This document shows positions 55,117 through 64,000 of a stretch of 64,000 nucleotides of DNA, one piece after another. Numbering within the stretch: position 1 is the first letter of the stretch; every line of letters starts with the position of its first letter. Source of the stretch: Lewinellaceae bacterium (lineage in GTDB: Bacteria; Bacteroidota; Bacteroidia; Chitinophagales; Saprospiraceae); NCBI GenBank assembly GCA_963710195.1, contig CAVPZF010000008.1, forward strand, positions 1,179,410-1,243,409, read 5' to 3'. The translations under genes and the position numbers were made by a program. Below the pieces are notes generated by a model. That model ran no database searches, was not told where the DNA came from, and saw only the letters and a program-made list of their open reading frames with translations.

Positions 55117-56202
55117 CTACACTAAGTTGAATCGTTGTTTAATCTTCCGACCGTACACACGTTTGTACACGCGGTACATGCGCTGAAGATGTTTGACACT
55201 GTAAGTAGCCGGCTCGCCGTTTGGTTTAAGGTAGCCCTGCTCCTGCATCCACTCGTCGTTAAAAATCTTGCCGAGGTACTTGCTTCCGTGATCGGGGAAC
55301 AGGACAACGACGACGTCATCGGGGCCGAGTTGCTTGCGCATGGAGAACACAGCCTCCAGGGCCGCTCCGCTGCTGTACCCCAGCAAGAGCCCTTCCCGCT
55401 GGGCCAGCTCCCGCACGCGGAGGGCGGCAGCCCGGTCGCCTACCTTGATAAACTCATCAATCAGGTCGAAGGCAACATTGTCGGGAATGATGGTCTTGCC
55501 CAGCCCCTCCACCTTCCAGCTGAAAATCTCATCGGGATCGAATACCCCGGTCTGCCAGTACTTTTTAAGCACGGAGCCGTAGGCGTCCACGCCCACAATG
55601 GTGACGTCGGGATTCTGCTCCTTTAGGTAGCGGGCGGTACCCGAAAGCGTCCCGCCGGTCCCGGCACAGCACACGTAATGGGTGACCTTGCCCTCCGTGT
55701 CCTTCCAGATCTCGGGGCCGGTGCTGTGGTAATGGGCGCCGCTGTTGTCCAGGTTCCAGTTCTGGCGCAGGTAAAAGCTATTGGGGAGGGTAGCGGCTAA
55801 CTCTTCGGCCCGGCTGTAGTAAGACTCAGGATCTTCGGGGGCGGCATCCTTGGGACACAGCACGATCTTTGCGCCGAGGGCCTTTAGTAGCGCCTGCTTC
55901 TCGGGTCCCGCCTTATCGGTGAGGGTGAGGATGCACTTATAGCCCTTAATGGCAGCGATCATCGCGATGCTGAAGCCGGTGTTCCCGCTGGTGGCTTCGA
56001 TCAGCGTGGCTCCGGGCTGGATGCGTCCCTTGCGCTCGGCCTGCTCGATCATGTACAGCGCGGCCCGGTCCTTAGCGGAGTGGCCGGGGTTCATCGACTC
56101 CATCTTGCCGTAGACCGTAGCGGGAATGCGGCTTCCACAGATGCGGTCAAGACGAATCAATGGCGTATTGCCGATTGCTTGTAGAACACTTTCGTGGCGC
56201 AT
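55117..56202 (-). CDS. PLP-dependent cysteine synthase/cystathionine beta-synthase family protein
   Basis: IGNTPL, NPGHSAKDR, EATSGNTG, GTGGT and GYSSGA motifs. Confidence 0.92.
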   Translation of the reverse strand: MRHESVLQAIGNTPLIRLDRICGSRIPATVYGKMESMNPGHSAKDRAALYMIEQAERKGRIQPGATLIEATSGNTGFSIAMIAAIKGYKCILTLTDKAGPEKQALLKALGAKIVLCPKDAAPEDPESYYSRAEELAATLPNSFYLRQNWNLDNSGAHYHSTGPEIWKDTEGKVTHYVCCAGTGGTLSGTARYLKEQNPDVTIVGVDAYGSVLKKYWQTGVFDPDEIFSWKVEGLGKTIIPDNVAFDLIDEFIKVGDRAAALRVRELAQREGLLLGYSSGAALEAVFSMRKQLGPDDVVVVLFPDHGSKYLGKIFNDEWMQEQGYLKPNGEPATYSVKHLQRMYRVYKRVYGRKIKQRFNLV

Positions 56203-56360
56203 ATAAGGGTGAGAATTGGTGAACCGGGGCAGCGAAGTTACGGCTATTGGCTAAACACGGTCACCGCGCCGCTGGTTGGCTCGCTATATTGCGGGGCCCC
56301 GGCGCGGCCGCTATTGGTCAACGCGGGCGCTTCCGCGATCACTCCCCTTACACCCGCCCT

Positions 56361-56786
56361 ATGGCCAAGTTCAACGTTTCCCTCAAGGCCCGTCTGATTC
56401 TGGAAGACCGGGGCCGTATCCTGTTGCTCAAGCAGACCAAGCCCAACGGGGGCAATTACAGCCTCATCGGCGGCACCATCGAGTCGAAGGAATACGCCGT
56501 CGAAACCCTGATCCGGGAAAGTTTCGAAGAGGCGGGGATCGAACTGACGCCGGCTGACCTGACGCTGGTCCACGTGCTGCACAAGCGCTACAAGAAGGCC
56601 CACCGGATCGTGCTGTACTTCCGCGCCCACCACTACGAGGGCGAGCCCCAGAGCAAGGAGCGCAAGAAGTTCGAAAACGTCGAGTGGCACCCCTACAACA
56701 ACCTGCCCCCCAACCTCACCACCACGGTGCGGCGGGTGCTGGACGCTTACAGCCGCGGCCGCCTGTATTCGGAGCTAGAAAAGTAG
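56361..56786 (+). CDS. NUDIX hydrolase
   Basis: Nudix box GG.IE..E....TLIRE.FEEAG. Confidence 0.85.
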   Translation: MAKFNVSLKARLILEDRGRILLLKQTKPNGGNYSLIGGTIESKEYAVETLIRESFEEAGIELTPADLTLVHVLHKRYKKAHRIVLYFRAHHYEGEPQSKERKKFENVEWHPYNNLPPNLTTTVRRVLDAYSRGRLYSELEK

Positions 56787-56864
56787 GCAAAGCGCCGGTG
56801 GGGGCTTACCTTAGTCCTTCGTTGCGAATCTGTACCTTCTTCCCGGCCGGCATTTCCCCGGACT

Positions 56865-57581
56865 ATGACCCGTTTACTTCCCGCCCTGCGCATGGGCGAT
56901 CTGGCCCCCGCTGACCAGCCCCGCGAAAAGCTGCTGCGCCACGGCCCCCGCTCCCTGACCGACGCCGAACTGCTCGCCATCCTCGTGCGCAGCGGCACCC
57001 GGGGCTGCTCGGTACTGGAGCTTTCCCACCGCATTCTTCGCTCCGTAGACCATGACCTTCACGCCCTGGCCCGCCTACAGGTGCAAGACTTGGTCCGCAT
57101 TGGCGGCGTGGGCCGGGTAAAGGCTATGCAACTTATTGCCGCCCTCGAGCTCGGCCGGCGACGCGAGGCCGCCCTCCCCCACCGGAAGCCGCAACTCGAC
57201 AATAGCGAAAGCTGTTTTCGTCACCTCAAGCCCCTACTGGGCGACCTCAACCACGAAGAGTTCTACCTACTGTGCCTCAACCGAGCAAACCAACTGCTGG
57301 GTACCCACTTAATCAGTCGCGGGGGCACCACCGGCACCGTGGCGGACGCTAAACATATTTTCCGCACGGCCCTGCAACACGGATCGGCCACTTCCCTGGT
57401 GCTGGCCCACAATCACCCCAGCGGCCAGGTGCAGCCCAGCGCGGCCGACGTCCGGCTGACGACCAAGCTCTGCCGGGCTGCCCGCAGTCTGGACCTACAC
57501 GTGCTCGACCACCTGATCGTAGCCGGCCACCGCTACTACAGCTTTGCCGACCACGCCCTGCTGGAAGGGAACGAAGAGTAG
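56865..57581 (+). CDS. radC: RadC/JAB-domain protein
   Basis: PREKL, LTDAELLAIL.RSG, G.G.VKA HhH and HNHPSG...PS.AD motifs. Confidence 0.95.
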   Translation: MTRLLPALRMGDLAPADQPREKLLRHGPRSLTDAELLAILVRSGTRGCSVLELSHRILRSVDHDLHALARLQVQDLVRIGGVGRVKAMQLIAALELGRRREAALPHRKPQLDNSESCFRHLKPLLGDLNHEEFYLLCLNRANQLLGTHLISRGGTTGTVADAKHIFRTALQHGSATSLVLAHNHPSGQVQPSAADVRLTTKLCRAARSLDLHVLDHLIVAGHRYYSFADHALLEGNEE

Positions 57582-57661
57582 TCTTGAAAGCATATCTTCG
57601 CGCTCTCTCACCAGATACTGCCCGGCTTCCTTACATTGGGGCAGCCGCAAACCACTTGCCC

Positions 57662-58222
57662 ATGGCCTCTACCTCCGACATCAAGAACGGATTTACCTTC
57701 CGCCACAACCACGACATTTACAGCGTCGTAGAGTTTCAGCACGTCAAACCAGGGAAGGGCGCTGCCTTTGTCCGCACCAAGATCAAGAGCCTTTCCACGG
57801 GCCGCGTTCTGAGCGAGACCTTCCCCTCCGGCCACAAGGTGGACGAGGTGCGGGTGGAGCGCCACAAGATGCAGTACCTCTATAAGGACGAGATGGGCTA
57901 CCACTTCATGAACACGGAGTCCTACGAACAGGCCCGTATCCAGGAGGTTATGATCGACAATCCCGGCTTCATCCGCGAAGGCGACACCATCGAAGTGCTC
58001 TACAATACCGAAGACAACACCCCCCTAACCGTCGATTTGCCCCAGTACGTGGAAATGGAGGTGACCTATACCGAACCGGGGGTCAGGGGAGACACCGCCA
58101 CCAATACCCTTAAGCCGGCGACCATCGAAACCGGGACCGAAGTGCGCGTTCCGCTATTCGTGAACTCCGGCGACAAGATTAAGATTGACACCCGCAGCGG
58201 CTCCTACGTGAGCCGCGTCTAA
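57662..58222 (+). CDS. efp: Elongation factor P
   Basis: HVKPGKGAAFVRTK, PGVRGDTA and VPLFVNSGD.IKIDTR motifs. Confidence 0.97.
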   Translation: MASTSDIKNGFTFRHNHDIYSVVEFQHVKPGKGAAFVRTKIKSLSTGRVLSETFPSGHKVDEVRVERHKMQYLYKDEMGYHFMNTESYEQARIQEVMIDNPGFIREGDTIEVLYNTEDNTPLTVDLPQYVEMEVTYTEPGVRGDTATNTLKPATIETGTEVRVPLFVNSGDKIKIDTRSGSYVSRV

Positions 58223-58236
58223 ACCACGCCCAACGC

Positions 58237-58758
58237 ATGACGCTTAAAGACATTCAGGAGCTTATCAAGCTGGTTGCCAAAACCGAAATTTCGGAATTTA
58301 AATACAAGGACGACCAGCTCGCCGTACACATTCGGGGCAAGTCCTACGCCGTCGCGCCGGCCCCGTCCATCATCAACGTGCCGGCCGCCCCCCTGGCTCC
58401 CGCCTACGGCAGCCCAGCCGCGGCCCCTGCACCCGCGCCCGCCGCCGAATCCGCCACTCCCGGAAACGGGGGGGGTGACGTGCCCGCCGCCGCCGCCGAG
58501 CAGGCCACGGCGAGCAACTTGGTGGAGGTCAAGTCTCCCATGATCGGCACCTTCTACCGCTCCGCCTCTCCCGATAAGCCCGTCTACGTCAAGGTGGGCG
58601 ACCGGGTCGCTAAGGGAGACACGGTGTGCATCGTAGAGGCGATGAAACTATTCAATGAAATCGAGTCGGAGGTGGCCGGCAAAATTGTCAAGGTCCTGGT
58701 CGAAGACGCTCAACCCATCGAGTACGACCAGCCCCTGTTTTTGGTGGACCCGTCCTAG
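58237..58758 (+). CDS. accB: Acetyl-CoA carboxylase biotin carboxyl carrier protein
   Basis: Ala/Pro linker, SPMIGTFYR and EAMKLFNEI biotinylation motif. Confidence 0.97.
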   Translation: MTLKDIQELIKLVAKTEISEFKYKDDQLAVHIRGKSYAVAPAPSIINVPAAPLAPAYGSPAAAPAPAPAAESATPGNGGGDVPAAAAEQATASNLVEVKSPMIGTFYRSASPDKPVYVKVGDRVAKGDTVCIVEAMKLFNEIESEVAGKIVKVLVEDAQPIEYDQPLFLVDPS

Positions 58759-58766
58759 ACCTACCC

Positions 58767-60119
58767 ATGGCTAATAAATTCAACAAAGTACTGATCGCTA
58801 ACCGCGGCGAGATCGCCCTGCGCATCATCCGCACGTGTCGGGAAATGGGCATCAAGACCGTAGCGATCTACTCCACCGCCGACCGCGAAAGCCTGCACGT
58901 GCGCTTCGCCGATGAAGCCGTCTGTATCGGGCCGCCCGCTTCCGCGGAAAGCTACCTGAGCATCCCGCGCATTATGGCGGCCGTAGAAATCACCAACGCC
59001 GATGCCGTACACCCGGGCTATGGTTTTCTGAGTGAGAACGCCGACTTCGCCGAGATCTGCCAGGACTACGGCATCAAGTTTATCGGCCCCCGGCCAGAAC
59101 ACATCCGGACCATGGGGGATAAGATCACCGCAAAGGACACCATGATCCGGGCCGGTGTACCCGTCGTGCCCGGTGACGGTAACCTGCTAAAGAGCGCCGA
59201 AGACGGCATGGAGCGGGCCGAAACCATGGGATACCCCGTCATGATCAAGGCCACGGCCGGTGGTGGGGGGAAGGGGATGCGGGTGGTCACGCGCAAGGAA
59301 GACTTCGAGAACCTCTGGAACTCTGCCCGCGCCGAAGCAAAGGCCAGTTTTGGGAACGACGGGATCTACATGGAGAAGTACATCGCCAAGCCCCGCCACA
59401 TTGAGATCCAGGTGATCGGCGACCAGACCGGAAAGGTTATCCACCTCAGCGAGCGCGACTGCTCAGTCCAGCGCCGCCACCAGAAGCTGCTGGAGGAATG
59501 CCCCAGCCCCTTCATGACCGACGATCTGCGTCAGCGCATGGGCGAAGCCGCCATCCAGGCCGGGGAGGCCATCGGTTACGAGGGCGTAGGCACGGTGGAG
59601 TTCCTGGTGGACGCCGACCGCAATTTCTACTTCATGGAGATGAATACCCGCATCCAGGTAGAACACCCGGTTACCGAAGAATCTATCGACCACGACCTCA
59701 TTAAGGAACAGATCAAAGTGGCCTACGGCGAGACGCTGTCGGGCAAGAACTACTTCCCTAAGGGGCACGTCATCGAGTGCCGCATCAACGCCGAGGATCC
59801 CTGGCGTGACTTTCGTCCAAGCCCCGGCAAGATCACCAGCTTCCACAGTTCGAAGGGGCACGGGGTGCGCGTGGATACCCACGTTTATGCCGGCTATACC
59901 GTAAGCCCCTACTACGACAGCATGATTGCTAAACTGATCGTGCGCGCGCCCACCCGGGCCGAGGCCATTACCAAAATGGAGCGGGCCCTGGATGAGTTCA
60001 TCGTAGAGGGCATAAAAACGACCGTCCCCTTCCACCAGTGGCTCCTGCGGCAGGACGACTTCCGCAGCGGCGACTTCGACACGGCCTGGCTCGGGAAGCA
60101 GGACCTACCCAAAAAGTAA
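58767..60119 (+). CDS. accC: Biotin carboxylase
   Basis: [37 protein letters not shown] and [10 protein letters not shown] motifs. Confidence 0.97.
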   Translation: MANKFNKVLIANRGEIALRIIRTCREMGIKTVAIYSTADRESLHVRFADEAVCIGPPASAESYLSIPRIMAAVEITNADAVHPGYGFLSENADFAEICQDYGIKFIGPRPEHIRTMGDKITAKDTMIRAGVPVVPGDGNLLKSAEDGMERAETMGYPVMIKATAGGGGKGMRVVTRKEDFENLWNSARAEAKASFGNDGIYMEKYIAKPRHIEIQVIGDQTGKVIHLSERDCSVQRRHQKLLEECPSPFMTDDLRQRMGEAAIQAGEAIGYEGVGTVEFLVDADRNFYFMEMNTRIQVEHPVTEESIDHDLIKEQIKVAYGETLSGKNYFPKGHVIECRINAEDPWRDFRPSPGKITSFHSSKGHGVRVDTHVYAGYTVSPYYDSMIAKLIVRAPTRAEAITKMERALDEFIVEGIKTTVPFHQWLLRQDDFRSGDFDTAWLGKQDLPKK

Positions 60120-60305
60120 GAGTTTGTATGGCATTCCGCTCCCCGCCGCAAACTTGTTCTTTCGCGTCAATTTTCGCCTCAAACAGCGTCATTTAGCCCG
60201 CTAGGCTCCCCTTTTTGGAAGCTCGAATCGACCCAACTTGGCGGCGTCTTCGACAGGCTCGAAAAGCTCAAACAAGCACTCAGTTCTACTGTACGCTAAG
60301 TAGGT

Positions 60306-60342
60306 AAGCCCCCCCCCCTGCGCCCTGTGCCGGGGGGCTTTT
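60306..60342. terminator. Probable bidirectional terminator hairpin
   Basis: AAGCCCCCC / GGGGGGCTT stem followed by TT, between convergent genes. Confidence 0.65.
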
Positions 60343-60344
60343 GG

Positions 60345-61280
60345 TCATACGGTGGGTCGCACCTTGCGCAGCAGCTCAATGGTGGCGCGGATGCCGGCGT
60401 CCTCCGTCATGGAATCGCCTTCGTACTCGATCCCCATCCACCCCCGGTAGCCGGCCGCCTTGACGAGCCCGAGCATCCGGCGGTAGTCAATGTCTACTTC
60501 TTGCCCCGCCGCCGTAAAATTGTAGGTTTTGGCCGAGACAGCCTTAGCGTAGGGCATCATTTCCTGCACGCCGCGGTAGGGGTCGTAGGCTTCGGCACAC
60601 CCATCTGCCGTGCGCTCGATACAGAAGTTCCCGAAGTCCGGTAGGGTGCCGCAGTTGTCCATGCCGGTACCCGCGATAACACCGGCCAGCCAACTGCCGT
60701 CGCTGCTGTAGCCGCCGTGATTTTCTACGAGTACGTTGAGTCCCTCCTGGGCGGCGTACTCAGCGAGCTGCGCCAACCCTTCGGTGGCGGCGGCCGCCAG
60801 CTCCTCCCGGCTTCCCTGCCCGGCGGCGTTCACACGGATGCTGTGGCAGCCGAGGTAGTGGGCCACGTCGACCCAGGGGTGGTGATTTTCTACCGCCGTC
60901 TTCCGGGCCGCGGTGTCCCGGTCCCCCAGGTTCCCCTCGCCGTCCACCATAATCAGCAAGGAACGTACGCCGTGATCATCGGCTCGCTGCTTCAGCCGGC
61001 CGAGGTAAGCCTGGTCCCGTGCCCGGTCCCGAAAGAATTGATTGACGTACTCGACGCCGCCCAGTCCGTAAGTATTCCGGGTGATGCCGGCGAAATCCAG
61101 GGGATCCAACGCTTTAGAAAAAAAGGATCGGTGGAGGCTCCATTGGGCCAGGCTGATGTCGAACCAATCGCCCCCAACCGCGGCGGCGGCCGGCTGGGTG
61201 TCCGGGGCAGCGGTACGGCACCCGGTGAGCAAACCGGCTCCTAGGAGAGCGGTGGAATAGAGGAATTTTCTGCGTTGCAT
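60345..61280 (-). CDS. Sugar-phosphate isomerase/epimerase family TIM-barrel protein with Tat-like leader
   Basis: MQRRKFL leader, ISLAQWSLHR, VENHGG, LPDFGNF, SAK and GIEYEG motifs. Confidence 0.88.
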   Translation of the reverse strand: MQRRKFLYSTALLGAGLLTGCRTAAPDTQPAAAAVGGDWFDISLAQWSLHRSFFSKALDPLDFAGITRNTYGLGGVEYVNQFFRDRARDQAYLGRLKQRADDHGVRSLLIMVDGEGNLGDRDTAARKTAVENHHPWVDVAHYLGCHSIRVNAAGQGSREELAAAATEGLAQLAEYAAQEGLNVLVENHGGYSSDGSWLAGVIAGTGMDNCGTLPDFGNFCIERTADGCAEAYDPYRGVQEMMPYAKAVSAKTYNFTAAGQEVDIDYRRMLGLVKAAGYRGWMGIEYEGDSMTEDAGIRATIELLRKVRPTV

Positions 61281-61415
61281 GATTGACGGACTTAGGGTAG
61301 AAAGGTAAGCGAAAGCCGTGGACTATGCGCACAATGGGCCATTGCCTATTTTAGGGGCACGAAATCGTGCCCTCGGAACACCCCGGCCGGGCGCCGCTAC
61401 CGCCATATCCCCGCC

Positions 61416-62501
61416 ATGAGAATCGTAAACCTGCTGCGCTCCGCCGAAGAGCGGGCGCTGACCAACCGCAAAAAGGCCGGTGCTCCTCCCGGCACCATGG
61501 TCTATACCGGTCAGCGGCAGACCGAACAGGTGCACATTCACCTGACGCAGTACCACGGCGAATTCTTCGAGGTACAGACCGCCCTCGATGGGCTGCCGGA
61601 GCCCCGCACCGAACGGGCGACCCTGTGGTTCGATATGCGGGGCCTCCACAACCTGGCCCTCGTGGCTGAATTGGGTAGCCGCTTCGGCATGCACCCCCTG
61701 GCCCTGGAAGACGTGGTCGACGTACACCAGCGACCCAAGATCGAGGTACACGGCAACGGCCTGCTCGTGGTCATCAAAGCCTTTGCCTTCAACAGTCAAC
61801 AACTAGAGCTCAGCGCCGAGCAGGTGTCCATCTACCTGTGTGAAGGAACCGTCCTCACCTTCCAGGAAGACGAAGGCGATCTCTTCAAGAGCGTACGCAA
61901 GCGCCTGGAGACAGCTACCGGCCGCATCCGCAGCCGCGGGGCGGACTACCTGGTCTATGCCCTGGTGGACAATGTGGTGGACAAGTACTTTACCGTCATC
62001 GACCAGATCGAGGAGGAATTGGACAGGTTAGAAGAAACCATCATGCGGGCACCGGACGTAGCCACCAAGGCCAAAATACACGACCTGCGGCTGGCCCTGC
62101 TCACCCTGCGCAAGAGCATCAGCCCCCTCCGGGAACTCATGAATCGCTTCAGCGACAGCGAGAGTACCTTGGTTTCCGCCGATACCCAGGTATATATCCG
62201 GGACTTGCGCGACCACGTCATTCAGATTACTGACTTAGTCGAAACCTACCGCGACGTCACGAACGGGCTGTATGACCTATACGTGAGTGAAATCAGTTTC
62301 CGGATGAACAGCGTGATGCAGACGCTGACGATCGTATCCACCATTTTTATTCCGCTAAGTTTTCTGGTGGGCGTGTACGGCATGAACTGGGAAAACATGC
62401 CCGAATTGCGCACCAAATACGGCTACTTTGTACTCTGGGGAGTGATGCTGTCACTCATCGTGGGAATGCTCGGCTGGTTCCGCTGGCGCCGCTGGATCTA
62501 G
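61416..62501 (+). CDS. corA: Magnesium/cobalt transporter CorA
   Basis: KKAGAPPGT, HPLALED, QRPKIE and TIFIPLSFLVGVYGMN motifs. Confidence 0.95.
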   Translation: MRIVNLLRSAEERALTNRKKAGAPPGTMVYTGQRQTEQVHIHLTQYHGEFFEVQTALDGLPEPRTERATLWFDMRGLHNLALVAELGSRFGMHPLALEDVVDVHQRPKIEVHGNGLLVVIKAFAFNSQQLELSAEQVSIYLCEGTVLTFQEDEGDLFKSVRKRLETATGRIRSRGADYLVYALVDNVVDKYFTVIDQIEEELDRLEETIMRAPDVATKAKIHDLRLALLTLRKSISPLRELMNRFSDSESTLVSADTQVYIRDLRDHVIQITDLVETYRDVTNGLYDLYVSEISFRMNSVMQTLTIVSTIFIPLSFLVGVYGMNWENMPELRTKYGYFVLWGVMLSLIVGMLGWFRWRRWI

Positions 62502-62566
62502 GGCCGCGCCGAGATTGCAAAATAATTTGGTCGTAAATTTGCCGCTTCAACTACGCTCACCGCGCC

Positions 62567-63496
62567 ATGAATAAACGCACGCTCACGATTATCGCCATCT
62601 TTCTTGCCCTTTTGTTCGTCGGAGCGCTGGTGTGGGGCATTTCCACCAAAAGTAAACTGGAGGCCAGCTACGGCGAGAAGTCGGAAGAAGCGGAGCAACT
62701 CACCCTGCTGCGCGATAACCTACAACAATCCGTAGACAGCCTCGATCGCGCCTTCACCGAAGTGAGCGGAGAGAATGCACAACTCCAGGGGGAACTTACC
62801 GAGGCCCAGGAAACCGCTAAACGCGCCCTCTACGATATGCGGGCCGCCCAAAAGTCCCGGAAAAACGACAACGACGTGGCGTACAAAATGCGCGTCCAGA
62901 TTGAGGACCTTATGAACGTCCGTACCATGCTTGAGACCAGTATCGTGGAATTGGAGGAGGAAAACAAGGACCTGCGCACCCGCAACGTGGCGCTTTCGCG
63001 CGACCTGAGCACCGCCAAGACCGAAGCCTACCAAGCGACCAAGCAGGTGGATAACCTGAGCCGCATGAACGAAAGCATGGAGGCCGACATCGACCGCCTG
63101 ACGCTGGGTGCCTTCCGGGCCTCGGCCATACAGGTGGACCTGTTGCGCAAGAACGGCTCCAACACTGCCAACGCGAACCGCGCCCGGCGTATCTCCGTGA
63201 GCTTCGACCTGACCGACGTCCCCGCCGAATACCTTGGGGTACGCCCCATTTTCCTAGTGCTGACCGATAACTCGGCCACTCCGGTCATCAGCGAAAATCC
63301 CGTGCGGGCCAAGTCCATTGTCAATGGGGCCACTAAGGACATCATTGCACTAGAGGGCCGGGACATCAACCTGGAGCGCAACCAGCGCATCAGCTTCACC
63401 CACGAACTGGACGATAAACTGGCCGAGGGCTTTTACCGGGCCGAAATCTACACCGACGTCGGCATGCTGGGTTCCGCCAAGGTGCAACTGCGCTAG
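62567..63496 (+). CDS. Single-pass membrane protein with long coiled coil and C-terminal beta-rich domain
   Basis: N-terminal TM, heptad region, C-terminal EGFYRAEIYTDVGMLGSAKVQLR; preceded by TAAATTTG (62534-62541). Confidence 0.75.
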   Translation: MNKRTLTIIAIFLALLFVGALVWGISTKSKLEASYGEKSEEAEQLTLLRDNLQQSVDSLDRAFTEVSGENAQLQGELTEAQETAKRALYDMRAAQKSRKNDNDVAYKMRVQIEDLMNVRTMLETSIVELEEENKDLRTRNVALSRDLSTAKTEAYQATKQVDNLSRMNESMEADIDRLTLGAFRASAIQVDLLRKNGSNTANANRARRISVSFDLTDVPAEYLGVRPIFLVLTDNSATPVISENPVRAKSIVNGATKDIIALEGRDINLERNQRISFTHELDDKLAEGFYRAEIYTDVGMLGSAKVQLR

Positions 63497-63500
63497 GTCC

Positions 63501-63598
63501 CTCGTCGGCCGAGCGTCGCGCCAGCTTCGCTCATCCGCCGAGGGTGACTCACGACCACTCGGCCGACGAGCCAAACCACGCATGGCTCGGCGGACGAG
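63501..63598. repeat. Cluster of four related 13-mers in alternating inverted arrangement
   Basis: CTCGTCGGCCGAG (63501), CTCATCCGCCGAG (63530), CTCGGCCGACGAG (63558), CTCGGCGGACGAG (63586). Confidence 0.85.
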
Positions 63599-63614
63599 TT
63601 AAACTTCACTGACT

Positions 63615-64000
63615 ATGGTATTCCTGGAATTTGAAAAGCCCCTAGAGAAACTGTACGAGCAACTGGAAAAAGTCCGGGAAGTAGGCGACGATGGCATCGT
63701 GGACATGCAGGCCACGATCGAAGAACTGGAAGGCCGCATTAAGCAAACGCGGCGCGACATCTACAGCAACCTGAGCGGCTGGCAACGGGTACAGTTAAGT
63801 CGCCACCCCGAGCGCCCCTACACCCTTTATTACATCGAGCAGATGTGCCGCAAGTTTGTGGAGTTGCACGGCGACCGCCACTTCGGCGACGACAAGGCCG
63901 TAGTGGGCGGCATTGGGAATATGGACGGACAGACCGTCGTCATCCTCGGCCACCAAAAGGGCGTCAACACCAAAATGCGCCAGTACCGCAACTTTGGCAT
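63615..64000 (+). CDS. accA: Acetyl-CoA carboxylase carboxyltransferase alpha subunit (runs off the window end)
   Basis: My translation: MVFLEFEKPL..WQRVQLSRHPERPYTL..ELHGDRHFGDDKAVVGG..GHQKG. Confidence 0.95.
   Translation, partial: MVFLEFEKPLEKLYEQLEKVREVGDDGIVDMQATIEELEGRIKQTRRDIYSNLSGWQRVQLSRHPERPYTLYYIEQMCRKFVELHGDRHFGDDKAVVGGIGNMDGQTVVILGHQKGVNTKMRQYRNFG

Noticed and set aside
56865-57581. radC as a marker of a mobile or anti-restriction island
   Set aside because: It is the full-length chromosomal type (HhH plus JAB) in a housekeeping context before efp-accB-accC, with no mobility genes.
60309-60318. C10 run here and G9 run at 38516-38524 as phase-variation tracts
   Set aside because: Both lie in intergenic hairpins downstream of genes, not in coding or promoter spacer positions.

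Overview
A GC-rich Bacteroidota chromosome segment; gene content and TAnnTTTG-type promoters are consistent with a Lewinellaceae/Saprospirales-like organism, which is an inference. It is almost all housekeeping: tRNA-Ser, tatD, rnhA, def, ruvX, a TetR-TolC-MFP-RND efflux operon, a split leu cluster (leuA, leuC, leuD, leuB), hemA, hemH, bioD, lpxK and other envelope genes, rplS, lutBC, cysH, an ECF sigma factor, a SusC/SusD pair, truA, tsaB, radC, efp-accB-accC, corA and a partial accA. I found no integrase, transposase, reverse transcriptase, CRISPR array or defence island. The unusual signals are mostly non-coding. (1) A low-GC four-helix-bundle gene sits between leuC and leuD, bracketed by two mutually inverted (TTTACGA)n arrays that abut the leuC stop and the leuD start and could pair into a ~40-bp mRNA stem, like an intervening sequence. 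(2) Two tandem tRNA-Ser-derived pseudo-copies lie upstream of the real tRNA, each with the same 32-nt insert at anticodon-loop position 37/38. (3) A ~450-nt hairpin-rich non-coding stretch lies upstream of cysH. (4) Four interleaved related 13-mers lie upstream of accA. (5) Three genes have reading-frame lesions (a Kir-type channel, a methyltransferase with ATG-TAG, and a GT9 transferase); these may be real or sequencing errors. Family assignments come from motif recognition only, and no database searches were run.
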